Made by a program: the position numbers and the translations under genes. Positions 20,684-30,600 of a stretch of 64,000 nucleotides of DNA are shown here, in pieces. This stretch comes from Spirochaetia bacterium (GTDB taxonomy: Bacteria > Spirochaetota > Spirochaetia > CADAEX01): NCBI GenBank assembly GCA_963662265.2, contig CAXXHA010000001.1, positions 64,001 through 128,000 on the forward strand, given 5' to 3'. How positions within the stretch are numbered: position 1 is the first letter of the stretch; every line of letters begins with the position of its first letter. The notes under the pieces are model-generated. The model was not told the DNA's origin, searched no databases, and saw nothing but the letters and a program-made list of their open reading frames with translations.

Positions 20684-20686
20684 TAA
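20673..20686. promoter_or_regulatory. TTAG-N6-CTAA box
   Basis: TTAGACTCATCTAA immediately downstream of minus-strand TATTCT (20694-20689). Confidence 0.7.
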
Positions 20687-20706
20687 TAAGAATATCGCAT
20701 TATTAT

Positions 20707-20747
20707 AAAAAAAAAGCAAGCCGGAAAAACAAATTCCCGGCTTTTTT
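20707..20747. terminator. Bidirectional terminator after pdxT
   Basis: AAGCCGG...CCGGCTT stem flanked by A and T runs. Confidence 0.7.
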
Positions 20748-20764
20748 ATTAAATATTTCAATAA

Positions 20765-21340
20765 TCAGTATACAACTTCATTGAAAAAATATCTGTGAAG
20801 AGAATTATCATCTGTAAGCTCGGGATGAAAACTCGCTGCCAGTACATTTTTTTCCCGGAAAATTACTGCCTGCCTTTTTAAATACCCAAGCTTATCAACA
20901 TGCTTTCCCACACCTGTTACTTTAGGGGCTCGGATAAAAATCCCCCTTAAAATTCCGCTGCCTGACAAGGGTGTAGAAATTTCAGCATGAAAACTGTCCT
21001 TCTGCCTGCCGTAGCTGTTTCTCTCAACCTCAATATCAATAAGTCCAAGCGGTTTGAACGGGAGCCTGTCTGCATCCCTTGAAGCAATAATAAGCCCCGC
21101 ACATGTACCGAAATAGGGCAGGCCTGTTATAACAGCATCAGAAAGATATTCTCGCAATCCCCTCCTTTCCAAAAGACGGAGCATGACAGTGCTTTCCCCG
21201 CCGGGAACTATTATTGATGAAATATGATTAAAATCAGACCGGTTTTTAACCAGTCTGACCTTATAACCAAGTTTGCTGCAAACCTGCTCATGCTTTTCAA
21301 ATCCCCCCTGTAGGGCAAGTATTCCCGCAGTATGAGACAT
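20765..21340 (-). CDS. pdxT: PLP synthase glutaminase subunit
   Basis: ILALQG, PGGEST, GTCAG, RNSYGRQ, FIRAP and FHPEL motifs. Confidence 0.96.
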   Translation of the reverse strand: MSHTAGILALQGGFEKHEQVCSKLGYKVRLVKNRSDFNHISSIIVPGGESTVMLRLLERRGLREYLSDAVITGLPYFGTCAGLIIASRDADRLPFKPLGLIDIEVERNSYGRQKDSFHAEISTPLSGSGILRGIFIRAPKVTGVGKHVDKLGYLKRQAVIFREKNVLAASFHPELTDDNSLHRYFFNEVVY

Positions 21341-21343
21341 AGG

Positions 21344-22252
21344 CTACCATCCGCGTACAGACATCTTCTGCTGTGGAATCAGCTCATCACAGTTTATTCC
21401 TGTCATCGGAACTCCGAGTGATTCTGATACTTCAGCAAGTCTGAAAGGATCATCATAACAAGTTACAGCTTCGACTATTGCCTTTGCCCTCTTTTCAGGA
21501 TTGGATGACTTGAAAATACCTGATCCGACAAAAACAGATTCAGCCCCGAGATGCATCATAAGCGCAGCATCTGCAGGTGTTGCAACACCGCCTGCGGAAA
21601 AATTAGGCACAGGAAGCTTGCCTTTCTGTGCCACTTCAAGTACCAGCTCGTAGGGAGAGCCTATTTCTTTTGCTGCTGTCATCAGAGACTCCCTGGGAAG
21701 AGCTGCTATCCGCCTGATATCTTCCTTCAAAGTCCTCATATGCCTTACTGCTTCAACTATATCGCCTGTTCCGGGTTCACCCTTTGTCCTTATAAGGGCA
21801 GCTCCTTCACCTATACGCCTCAGAGCCTCGCCAAGGTTTCGACAGCCACATACAAAAGGTACTTTAAAGCGGGATTTATCAACATGATACAAGTCATCGG
21901 CAGGGGTGAGAACTTCGCTTTCATCGACAAAATCAATTTCAAGAGCCTCAAGAATCATGGCTTCAGCAAAATGCCCGATCCGGCATTTTGCCATTACAGG
22001 AATTGATACTGCATCCTGAATACCTTTAATCATTGCGGGGTCTGACATTCTGGAAACACCGCCGGCTGCACGTATATCTGCGGGAACTCTTTCAAGCGCC
22101 ATAACTGCGCAGGCACCTGCATCCTCGGCAATTTTTGCCTGATCAGGAGTAACAACATCCATTATTACCCCCCCTTTCAGCATTTCAGCAAGGCCCAGGT
22201 TTACTCTCCATCTTTCCGGCTGCCTGTCTGACCAGTACTCTTTTTTTTCCAT
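21344..22252 (-). CDS. pdxS: PLP synthase lyase subunit
   Basis: [23 protein letters not shown] and [13 protein letters not shown] motifs. Confidence 0.97.
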   Translation of the reverse strand: MEKKEYWSDRQPERWRVNLGLAEMLKGGVIMDVVTPDQAKIAEDAGACAVMALERVPADIRAAGGVSRMSDPAMIKGIQDAVSIPVMAKCRIGHFAEAMILEALEIDFVDESEVLTPADDLYHVDKSRFKVPFVCGCRNLGEALRRIGEGAALIRTKGEPGTGDIVEAVRHMRTLKEDIRRIAALPRESLMTAAKEIGSPYELVLEVAQKGKLPVPNFSAGGVATPADAALMMHLGAESVFVGSGIFKSSNPEKRAKAIVEAVTCYDDPFRLAEVSESLGVPMTGINCDELIPQQKMSVRGW

Positions 22253-23037
22253 CTGTTTTTCTCCTCTTTTCTGTTTAACACTAACGCCTGATAAACACCG
22301 AGAAGAACAAGGTCGGGGATTATAACATCAAAAACATCTTCACGCTTGTAGAGCCCTGCATAATTACCTGTCGCAATAACAACCGGCATGCTTTCAGGAA
22401 ACAGTTCAGATATAAACCTGTTTTTAATTTCCTTGATCATACCGAGGTTGCTGAAATAGAGCCCCGACTGGATACCTTCAACTGTTGATTTGCCGCAGAC
22501 CGACTTGGGCCTTACAATTTCAACCTCGGGAAGCCTTGCTGTTTTCTTTGACATTGCTTCCATCGATATTTTCAGTCCGGGAAGGAGAACTCCCCCCAGG
22601 TATTCACTGTTTGCCGATACACCGCAAACAGTGGTTGCAGTCCCGAAATCATAAATAATAATATTTCTGCCGGGATACATGTTAACAGCTGCAATAGCAT
22701 TTGCAACCCTGTCTGATCCTACCTCTCTGGGCTGTGAATAACGGATCTTTAGTCCTGCCTTTACACCGGCCTGCAGCTGAAAAGGTTCTATATTAAAATA
22801 CCTTCTGCAGCATGAAAGCATGACCTGAATAAGTTCCGGGACTACGGAACAGAACCCTATATCAGAGATTTCTGACGGGTTATATCCGTTTTCCCTCAGG
22901 ATAGCAGTAAAAAAAAGACCAAGTTCATCAGAAGAGATAGCTTCATTGCTGACTCTGTGGAAGTCCAGACACAGCTTACCATCATTAAAGAGTCCTCCAA
23001 AAACCTGGGTATTTCCAATATCAATACACAAAATCAT
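22201..23037 (-). CDS. coaX: Type III pantothenate kinase
   Basis: IDIGNT, SVVP, VGSDR, DFGTATT, GGVLLPG and ATG motifs. Confidence 0.93.
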   Translation of the reverse strand: MILCIDIGNTQVFGGLFNDGKLCLDFHRVSNEAISSDELGLFFTAILRENGYNPSEISDIGFCSVVPELIQVMLSCCRRYFNIEPFQLQAGVKAGLKIRYSQPREVGSDRVANAIAAVNMYPGRNIIIYDFGTATTVCGVSANSEYLGGVLLPGLKISMEAMSKKTARLPEVEIVRPKSVCGKSTVEGIQSGLYFSNLGMIKEIKNRFISELFPESMPVVIATGNYAGLYKREDVFDVIIPDLVLLGVYQALVLNRKEEKNRWKKKSTGQTGSRKDGE

Positions 23038-23154
23038 AGATTCTCCTTTTAAAACGGGTCAGAATAATAAATGTCCGGTTTTCTCTGTTTTTTCCCAAAC
23101 GGTACCTGTCCTCCAATCAAGATCAAGTCCGGTAAAACAAAATAAAAATAATTC

Positions 23155-23230
23155 CAGCTGTCACATTCTCCTGTAAACAGAGATATGTGCAGTCTGATAA
23201 AACTTTAATAAGTATATTATGAAAGGTCAA
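23155..23230 (-). promoter_or_regulatory. Sigma70 promoter and bulged leader hairpin upstream of coaX
   Basis: TTGACC-17-TAAAGT (23230-23202), followed at about +1 by a 42-nt bulged hairpin (23196-23155). Confidence 0.55.
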
Positions 23231-23397
23231 GAAGGTGACTGGAAAGATTCAGTTCCTGATTTCCGGCACTTTTTTCATATCAGAAAAAATCTGATAAAAC
23301 CTTTTTAAAATACAGAGAACTGCCTGAGCCGTAAATATCCCGCAAATTATATATGATAAAAATCAAGCCCTGTCATATTTCAGCCGAAAAAAAGAAT

Positions 23398-24096
23398 ATG
23401 AAGAGATTTCTCACAGGACTCGCTGCATTTACAGTATTGCTTGTGTTGCCTCTAACAGCAGGTGCAATAGAACTTGAAGGATATAATATAAACAAGAAAC
23501 TCATTAATCTTGATAAATCAGGTCCTCCGGATCTTGTTGACAATTATATTATATTTTCTCTTGAAAGCAATGATAAACCTGCATTTGTCGGGGCTGCATT
23601 TGATTTTGAAAACTATACAAAAATCCACCAGTACAAAAGAACACATGAGGGAATATATTATCTTGTGATCAATAAACCCGATGTAAGTGAAATAAAATAC
23701 AGGGTAATAGTTGACGGAATCTGGCAGGCAGACCCCCATTCAGTCCATATTCTTAAAAAACCGAACGGTGTGGAAATTTCATTATACAAACTCCCGGAAA
23801 TTCCTGACAATGAAGCTGTATATCCCTATACCGAGGATCATTACACATACTTCTACCACAGGGGAAATCCGGGCAGCAGCGTATATCTTTCAGGAAGCTT
23901 CAACAACTGGGATCCTTTCATGTATTATATGAAGGAAAAAAAACCGGGTGAGTACTATATAAGACTCAGGCTGAACCCGGGACAGCATCATTATTATTTC
24001 ATTGAAAACGGCGTTAAAATTTCCGACAGGAGAAACCCTGAACTTGTCTGGGATGCTGATTTTGACGAAATATCAGTTTTTTCAATAGAAAAATAA
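23398..24096 (+). CDS. Exported protein with two CBM48/AMPK-type glycogen-binding domains
   Basis: Signal peptide MKRFL...AGA; YRVIVDGIWQADP and VYLSGSFNNWDP...PGQHHYYF motifs. Confidence 0.8.
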   Translation: MKRFLTGLAAFTVLLVLPLTAGAIELEGYNINKKLINLDKSGPPDLVDNYIIFSLESNDKPAFVGAAFDFENYTKIHQYKRTHEGIYYLVINKPDVSEIKYRVIVDGIWQADPHSVHILKKPNGVEISLYKLPEIPDNEAVYPYTEDHYTYFYHRGNPGSSVYLSGSFNNWDPFMYYMKEKKPGEYYIRLRLNPGQHHYYFIENGVKISDRRNPELVWDADFDEISVFSIEK

Positions 24097-24248
24097 TCGC
24101 CTCATCTCTCTTATCTTTAGAGCAGGGTATTCTGTGTAAGCGTCCTGCAACCGGTGATTTTCCAAGCTACCCGCCCCTGCATACTGCTTACTTCACTCAC
24201 CCCTCTTAATAAGCTATAATAGACAAAAATCAATTCAGGAGTAATTTT

Positions 24249-25211
24249 ATCAAAGTATTAATCATCGGCGGAGCCGGATATATAGGATCACATGTAGCAA
24301 GAAAATTTCTTGACAATAACCACTCAGTAACTGTTTTTGATAATTTCTCATCAGGATGCAGGGAGAATATATTTGAGGATGAAACTCTTATGGAAGGAGA
24401 TATCCTGAATACAGATGATCTTGATTCTGTCATGAAAGAGGGATTTGACGGAATAATACATCTTGCGGCATTCAAGGCAGCAGGAGAATCAATGATAAAG
24501 CCGGAAAAATATTCAGTTAACAATATTACAGGGACAATAAATATACTCAACTCGGCAGTAAAAGCCGGGATAAAAAACATAGTTTTTTCATCTTCAGCAG
24601 CAATTTACGGGGAACCTGCCTATCTCCCTATAGATGAAGAACATCCAAAAAACCCTGAAAACTACTACGGGTTCACAAAACTGGAAATTGAAGGATTTCT
24701 CGAATGGTACGACAGGCTGAAGGGGCTAAAATATGCATCGCTCCGGTATTTCAATGCAGCAGGTTATGACATAAACGGAAAAATAAAAGGGCTTGAGAAA
24801 AACCCTGCAAACCTGCTGCCTGTGATAATGGAAGTTGCATGCGGAATGAGGGAGCAGCTTGAAGTATTCGGCAATGACTACCCTACCCCGGACGGGACCT
24901 GTATAAGGGATTATATCCATGTTACAGACCTTGCAGAGGGACACCTCAAGGCAATGGAATATATTGCAGAGAAAAAAGAAAGCATAAAAGTAAACCTTGG
25001 AAGCGAAAGCGGGATAAGCGTCACTGAAATGCTTGAGTCAGCAAGAAAAATAACCGGAAAAGAAATCAAGTCCAAAATATCTGGAAGAAGAGCAGGAGAT
25101 CCGGTAAAACTGATAGCAAAATCCGTCCTTGCGGAAAAAATACTCGGATGGAAAGCAGAGTACTCTGATGTTGATACTCTTATCAGGACTTCATGGGAAG
25201 TCTATAAATAA
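24249..25211 (+). CDS. galE: UDP-glucose 4-epimerase (apparent ATC start)
   Basis: The frame extends upstream of the tracked ATG to IKVLIIGGAGYIGSH after an AGGAG RBS. FSSSAA, YGFTK, LRYFN and DGTCIRDYIHV motifs. Confidence 0.93.
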   Translation: MKVLIIGGAGYIGSHVARKFLDNNHSVTVFDNFSSGCRENIFEDETLMEGDILNTDDLDSVMKEGFDGIIHLAAFKAAGESMIKPEKYSVNNITGTINILNSAVKAGIKNIVFSSSAAIYGEPAYLPIDEEHPKNPENYYGFTKLEIEGFLEWYDRLKGLKYASLRYFNAAGYDINGKIKGLEKNPANLLPVIMEVACGMREQLEVFGNDYPTPDGTCIRDYIHVTDLAEGHLKAMEYIAEKKESIKVNLGSESGISVTEMLESARKITGKEIKSKISGRRAGDPVKLIAKSVLAEKILGWKAEYSDVDTLIRTSWEVYK

Positions 25212-25488
25212 ACATTCAGAATAAATATGCCGGAACAGTCTTTCGGCAGGCAGCGAAATAAAACTGTAAACCAATATCAGAAAAATCCCGGATCACAGAT
25301 TGTGAATACCGGGATTTTTTTTATCCGGATTTATATTATATACCTGGAAACAAACAATCCCCCTTTCAACTCATAACTCCAAATTAGACTTTATATTTTA
25401 TCAATAAACTGAAGTTATCAAAAAAAGATTAAATAATTTGATTTAAGCCTATCTATAAACTACAATAATTGCAGGAGGATAACTTTAA

Positions 25489-26658
25489 ATGGAGAGCAGA
25501 ATACCTGATATTGCAGCTGATCTTCCAGAACTTGAATCCCGGATAAATGAACTGAGGGAAACTCTTCTTGCAAATCTTGTAATGATCAGCGAAATACCTG
25601 CACCTACATTCAACGAAAGGGAAAGAGTTGAATTTATACTCGACAAATTCACAGAAAGCAACCTGCAGAATACTTCAACAGATGAAACAGGCAACGCGCT
25701 GGGGCTTCTGCCCGGAACAGAGGGGGATAAGAATATACTTCTTGTTTCACACCTTGACACCCTCTTCAGTGAAAAGATTGACCACTCGGTAAGTGTTGAA
25801 TCAGACCGAATAACTGGGGCCGGAATAGGCCACAATGCTGTGGGGCTTGCAACACTGACAGTTCTACCAATGATTCTTGAAAAACTGGATATCAAGCTGA
25901 AATCAAACCTTATCCTGATGGGATCGGCAAGAAGCCTTGGCAAGGGCAGCATAGGAGGAATAAGGTTTTTTCTTTCAAACACAAAATACCCGATTAAAGC
26001 GGGAATATGTGTCGATGGAGTCAAACTCGGAAAAATAAGCCACAGTTCAGTAGGTATGATGAGGTTTGAGATTACCTATCATCTGCCTGAAGACTATGAC
26101 TGGAAGAGGTTCGGTACAATCGGGGCTATTCCGACTTTAAGCGAGATAGTAACACAGATACAGCAGATCCCTATCCCGAGCAAGCCGAGGACAACCATAA
26201 TTCTTGGATCAATGGAATGCGGAACTGCATTCAACACAATACCTACAGAAGGTGTTCTGAGGTTTGAAATCAGAAGTGAATCGGAAGAAATGGTAAACAA
26301 CCTTAAATACAGGATACAGAATATTGTTGCTGAAGTTTCCTCATTTTACGGAATTGATATTGCATTGAATATTATTGCACAGAGAAAACCCGGAGGCATT
26401 CCCTTTTCCCACCCTCTTACAAACTGTGCCAGAAACATGCTCAGGCACCTTGATATAAAAAGCTGGATACAGCCTGATACATCTGAGCTGTCAGCCTTCA
26501 GCGACCGGGGAATACCTGCAATAACCATAGGAATGACAAGAGGCATGAGAAAAGACAAGATATATGAACATGTTGATATTTCTCTGATTACAAAAGGGCT
26601 TATACAGCTGATTGGAATAATTGTATCAATTGACAGGGGGTACTGCGATGAATCCTGA
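25489..26658 (+). CDS. M20/M28 peptidase-fold protein with degenerate metal ligands
   Basis: EIPAPTFNERER, SHLDT, dimerisation domain and GIPAITIG motifs. Confidence 0.78.
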   Translation: MESRIPDIAADLPELESRINELRETLLANLVMISEIPAPTFNERERVEFILDKFTESNLQNTSTDETGNALGLLPGTEGDKNILLVSHLDTLFSEKIDHSVSVESDRITGAGIGHNAVGLATLTVLPMILEKLDIKLKSNLILMGSARSLGKGSIGGIRFFLSNTKYPIKAGICVDGVKLGKISHSSVGMMRFEITYHLPEDYDWKRFGTIGAIPTLSEIVTQIQQIPIPSKPRTTIILGSMECGTAFNTIPTEGVLRFEIRSESEEMVNNLKYRIQNIVAEVSSFYGIDIALNIIAQRKPGGIPFSHPLTNCARNMLRHLDIKSWIQPDTSELSAFSDRGIPAITIGMTRGMRKDKIYEHVDISLITKGLIQLIGIIVSIDRGYCDES

Positions 26659-27625
26659 TAAATGGCTGCAAAACAATACTTTTCATCATTCGGAATTTGT
26701 AGACCTGAAAGCCCTTGTTAAGGAAAAAGAGAAAAAAGGTCTTAAGATATCCCTTTGTATTCCCACCCTGAATGAGGAAAAAACAATAGGCAAGGAAATA
26801 ATTATTTTCAAATCAGAACTGATGACACGTGTTCCCCTGCTTGATGAAATCGCAGTAATAGATTCAGGTTCAGAAGACAAAACACTTGAAACAGCTGCAT
26901 CATTCGGAGCTGACACTTACCTGGCATCGGATATTCTTCCTGATCTGGAGCCGAAGAGGGGAAAAGGAGAAAATCTCTGGAAAGCAATTTACCAGCTTAA
27001 AGGGGATATAATAGTCTATATTGATGCGGATATAAAAAACATCCATTCAAGATTTGTATACGGCCTTGTAGCGCCTCTCATCTACAAGGATGAGGTAAAA
27101 TATGTGAAAGCGTTTTATGACCGTCCGCTTGCTTTTTCCGACGGGATAAGACCGTCAGGAGGTGGGCGCGTAACAGAGATACTCATAAGGCCGCTTTTTT
27201 CACTTTTCTATCCCGCGCTCACTCCGATTATCCAGCCTCTCTCAGGAGAATACGCGGTAAAAAGAGATGTGCTTGAAAAAATACCATTCCCGATAGGCTA
27301 CGGGGTTGAAACATCCCATCTTCTCGATGTCTATAAACAATGGGGGCTTGAGGCATTTGCTCAGACAGACCTTGACCAGAGGGTGCACAGAAACCAGCCG
27401 ACCAGAGACCTCGGAAAAATGGCATTCGGCATTCTCCAGGCATTTCTGAAAAGAGCAGAAGCGCATGAGCTTATTACACTGAAAGACCACTATGCTCACA
27501 TCCTGCGGCAGTACCAGGCGCATAACAACAACTACGAATCAATTGAAATTCACATCAGGGAGGAGGAACGTCCCCCCATGATTGAAATTCCTGAATACAG
27601 GAAAAAATACAAAATAAAGGATTAA
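26648..27625 (+). CDS. gpgS: Glucosyl-3-phosphoglycerate synthase
   Basis: PTLNEE, GKGENLWK, DAD, GGGRVTE, QPLSGEYA, GYGVE and RVHRNQ motifs. Confidence 0.9.
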   Translation: MNPDKWLQNNTFHHSEFVDLKALVKEKEKKGLKISLCIPTLNEEKTIGKEIIIFKSELMTRVPLLDEIAVIDSGSEDKTLETAASFGADTYLASDILPDLEPKRGKGENLWKAIYQLKGDIIVYIDADIKNIHSRFVYGLVAPLIYKDEVKYVKAFYDRPLAFSDGIRPSGGGRVTEILIRPLFSLFYPALTPIIQPLSGEYAVKRDVLEKIPFPIGYGVETSHLLDVYKQWGLEAFAQTDLDQRVHRNQPTRDLGKMAFGILQAFLKRAEAHELITLKDHYAHILRQYQAHNNNYESIEIHIREEERPPMIEIPEYRKKYKIKD

Positions 27626-27626
27626 A

Positions 27627-27652
27627 AAAACGGCTCCCTGAAGGAGCCGTTT
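27627..27652. terminator. Terminator between convergent gpgS and PPi-PEPCK
   Basis: AAACGGCTCC-ctgaa-GGAGCCGTTT. Confidence 0.75.
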
Positions 27653-27671
27653 AATTAAACACATATCTGAA

Positions 27672-30600
27672 TTATTCTTCCATACCGTAAACAGGATCAA
27701 GCCCGATAGTACCTTCGAGAAATTTAAGATACTTGTCAGATTTTACCTCTTTGAGCTGGGCTTTGCATTTCTTAAGCCTTTCATCTATACAAAGCTTAAC
27801 AGCAAGTTCACTGTTTATTTTATTTGACATGAATTTTTCAAGATAACTGATAATCTTCTTGTAGTGGGCTATATCCCTGTTCTGTTTTTTCCTGAGTCTC
27901 TCTTTATACCAGTCGCTGCCAAGGACATAGTCCCTGTCAAACAGTTTCCTGATTTCTGGATCATGAATATCCTTTCCTTCATAACTGTCATTAGCCATAA
28001 TATGAAGAAGAGCCTTCAGCGGAGGTATGGCACCTTCGACACTGCCGTCTTCAAAATAAATTTTGGAAACTCTCTTCTGGGCATCAAGAATCTCATTCAT
28101 ACCTTCGATAAAACCGTCAATATCCTGTCTTTCCGGTCTGAGCATATCCTTGTTGAAAACAGCAAGAGGCTCATCAAAAATCCTACCAAGATAATTGAAA
28201 AGGAAATTTTCAGTAATTCTGTATCCAAGCCTGCTTGTAAGTACTTTCTTTCCGTTCCATTCCATATCTTCAACTTTTTCGAGAGAACCTTCTTTTATGA
28301 GTTTCGCAGGTTCTCTTTCTTCAGGCTTCAGACGGCTCCATATTTCCGGAATAAGAATACTTATATCATGGTCAAACCTTGTCTGGCTTCCTACCCATCC
28401 TGCAACAGATGTGTAGCCTGAATACCCTGTAAGAATAAATGAGAGAAGTGCGTTGTTGAGATCTGTAACCGGAGAAAGCATATTGAAAGGCCCCTTTGTA
28501 AGAGCACCTTCGCTTCCTGCCCCTGTTGTAGATGGGGACTTCCCTGAAAGGCTGCAGATAAAATCCATGAAAAGTTCAGGAAGTTCCTGATAATGGACAG
28601 GATTATATACACTCAACCCCTTGATACCTTTCTTCTTGTCAGGAGGGTTGTTTCTTCTTGACGGGAGTACAGCATCAACCGGAACATAACACGGCTGATC
28701 AAGAGGAATTTTCTTGTAGAGCCTCTGTCCTATTTCACCCCTGTAATAGAGTTCCGGATCTGTAAGGTCAGGCCTTGTCTGGAGATACCTGGGGTTTGTA
28801 CTTCGTCCGCTTGGAAGAACCCGCGGGTGGGAAGGTGCAATAAACCATGTACCCTCTTCAGCACTTGCTCCCTCTTTTATTATATCTTTGATAGGTTCTG
28901 TATATTCTTCAAAACTTATTGCGCTTTCAATAAGTTCCTTTGCGTTATCCCTGGTAAGAGGTTCATAGTTTGATATGAAGTTATTATTTCCCGCAAGGTC
29001 CTGTTCAGCTTCAATATCATAACCTCTGTGAATAGCTTCATCAGGTCTCTGGAAAAGTCTGAATTCACAGTTTTTAATCATCTTGACACTGTTTTCATAT
29101 TTCCCTGAAAGGCCTTTAAGCTTGTCAGCTCCAAGAGTAACAGATACAGAAATGTCATCCTCCTGCTGAAGTTTTTCAGATGCAATAAAGTCTGTCCTTA
29201 GTTTATGGATATACCACATATCATCCGGCGCAAAACCTACCCTAAGGTAACTTGCAGTAATTTTTCTTCCGTTGAAATGAAGAGCATTACCTTCCTTGCC
29301 GTTTATGATTCTAACAGAAAAATACTTTCTCCATTCATTACCCCATTCCGGCCTGTAGAACCGCTTGATGTAAAGGGCAAGCGCCTTTATCCGGTTTGGA
29401 TATGAGTTAAGGAAAGCATTATATTCCTTTGTATAAAGCACAGAGGGGGTGAGAAGCTTGATAACAGAGCCTACAGATCTCCTGGGACTCAGGAAAGGTC
29501 TCGAAGGCCTTGTTCTGTCTTTGTCTTTTTCCCACCTGTTTTTATAATCAAAGTTTATGATTTTCTCAACAAGATCAAAATCTTCCTTCAGATTATTTAT
29601 ATAGAAAGTATCATAAATCACAGAGTTAAGAAGGGATTTTGAAATTTCAGACTTTCCGCCTCCCGATACAGTAAACGGCTTATGACAGAAAGTACCAAGC
29701 GGATGTGTACCAATAAGTCTCCATACAGGAGCTGCAGGATGCTTCTGCATATGCACCTTGCTTCCGTCAGGAAGAATATATCTCTTTTCAGGAAGAAGTT
29801 TTATTGATTTCTCCTCCCCGTTGTATTCCCAGATTATTTTCTGCTTGTAGAGACTTACATCTGATTTTTCAGGGATATAAATGACATTAGGATATTTTTT
29901 ATCAACACCGTAATTGTCGGGATGTATATCCATGATATCGCCGTACATCTTCTTTACTTCTTCGAAAGAATACCCTTTTGCCTCTGCATAGTACTGCTCG
30001 CCAAGACTCCTTCGGGGAAATACCAAGGCGCCTCCTGCATGCTCCTCTTCTGCAAGGCCGAGGAGGTTTGCTGCAAATGAAATCTGGGTTTTAACCTCTT
30101 TCTTACTGTATCCAAAATAGTTATCACCAATAATTGTAACAACGACACCGTCGGAATTTCTGCATGTAATCTTGAAAGGAACCCCGTCATTATAAAGTTC
30201 AGCGTCATCTTTCCAGCACATGCCGTCTTTTCGCTCTCGTGCTGTTGCATCATCATAATGGGGAAGACCAAGTTCTTTCTTGGTAAGGCTTCCGGTAATA
30301 TGCGGAGCAAGAATAATACAGCCGGTATGCCCGCTCCATCTGTCAACATCGAGAGCAGAATCATTCTCAACAAGTCCAGGATCACCGGCATTGCCGAAAA
30401 TTGATTCAACAAAATCAATATTACTTATAAGGGAAGATGGAGCAAAATACCTGATCTCCATTCTCTTCTCAGACATGACACCGGGGACTTCCGGGGAAAC
30501 AAGCGGTTTCATATAAACCGAAGTAAAAAGTTGAGCCTTCTCTTCCTGCGAAGAAGTGAATGGAAGAGTCATAAGTTCATCCGGCGGATTACATGCCGCC

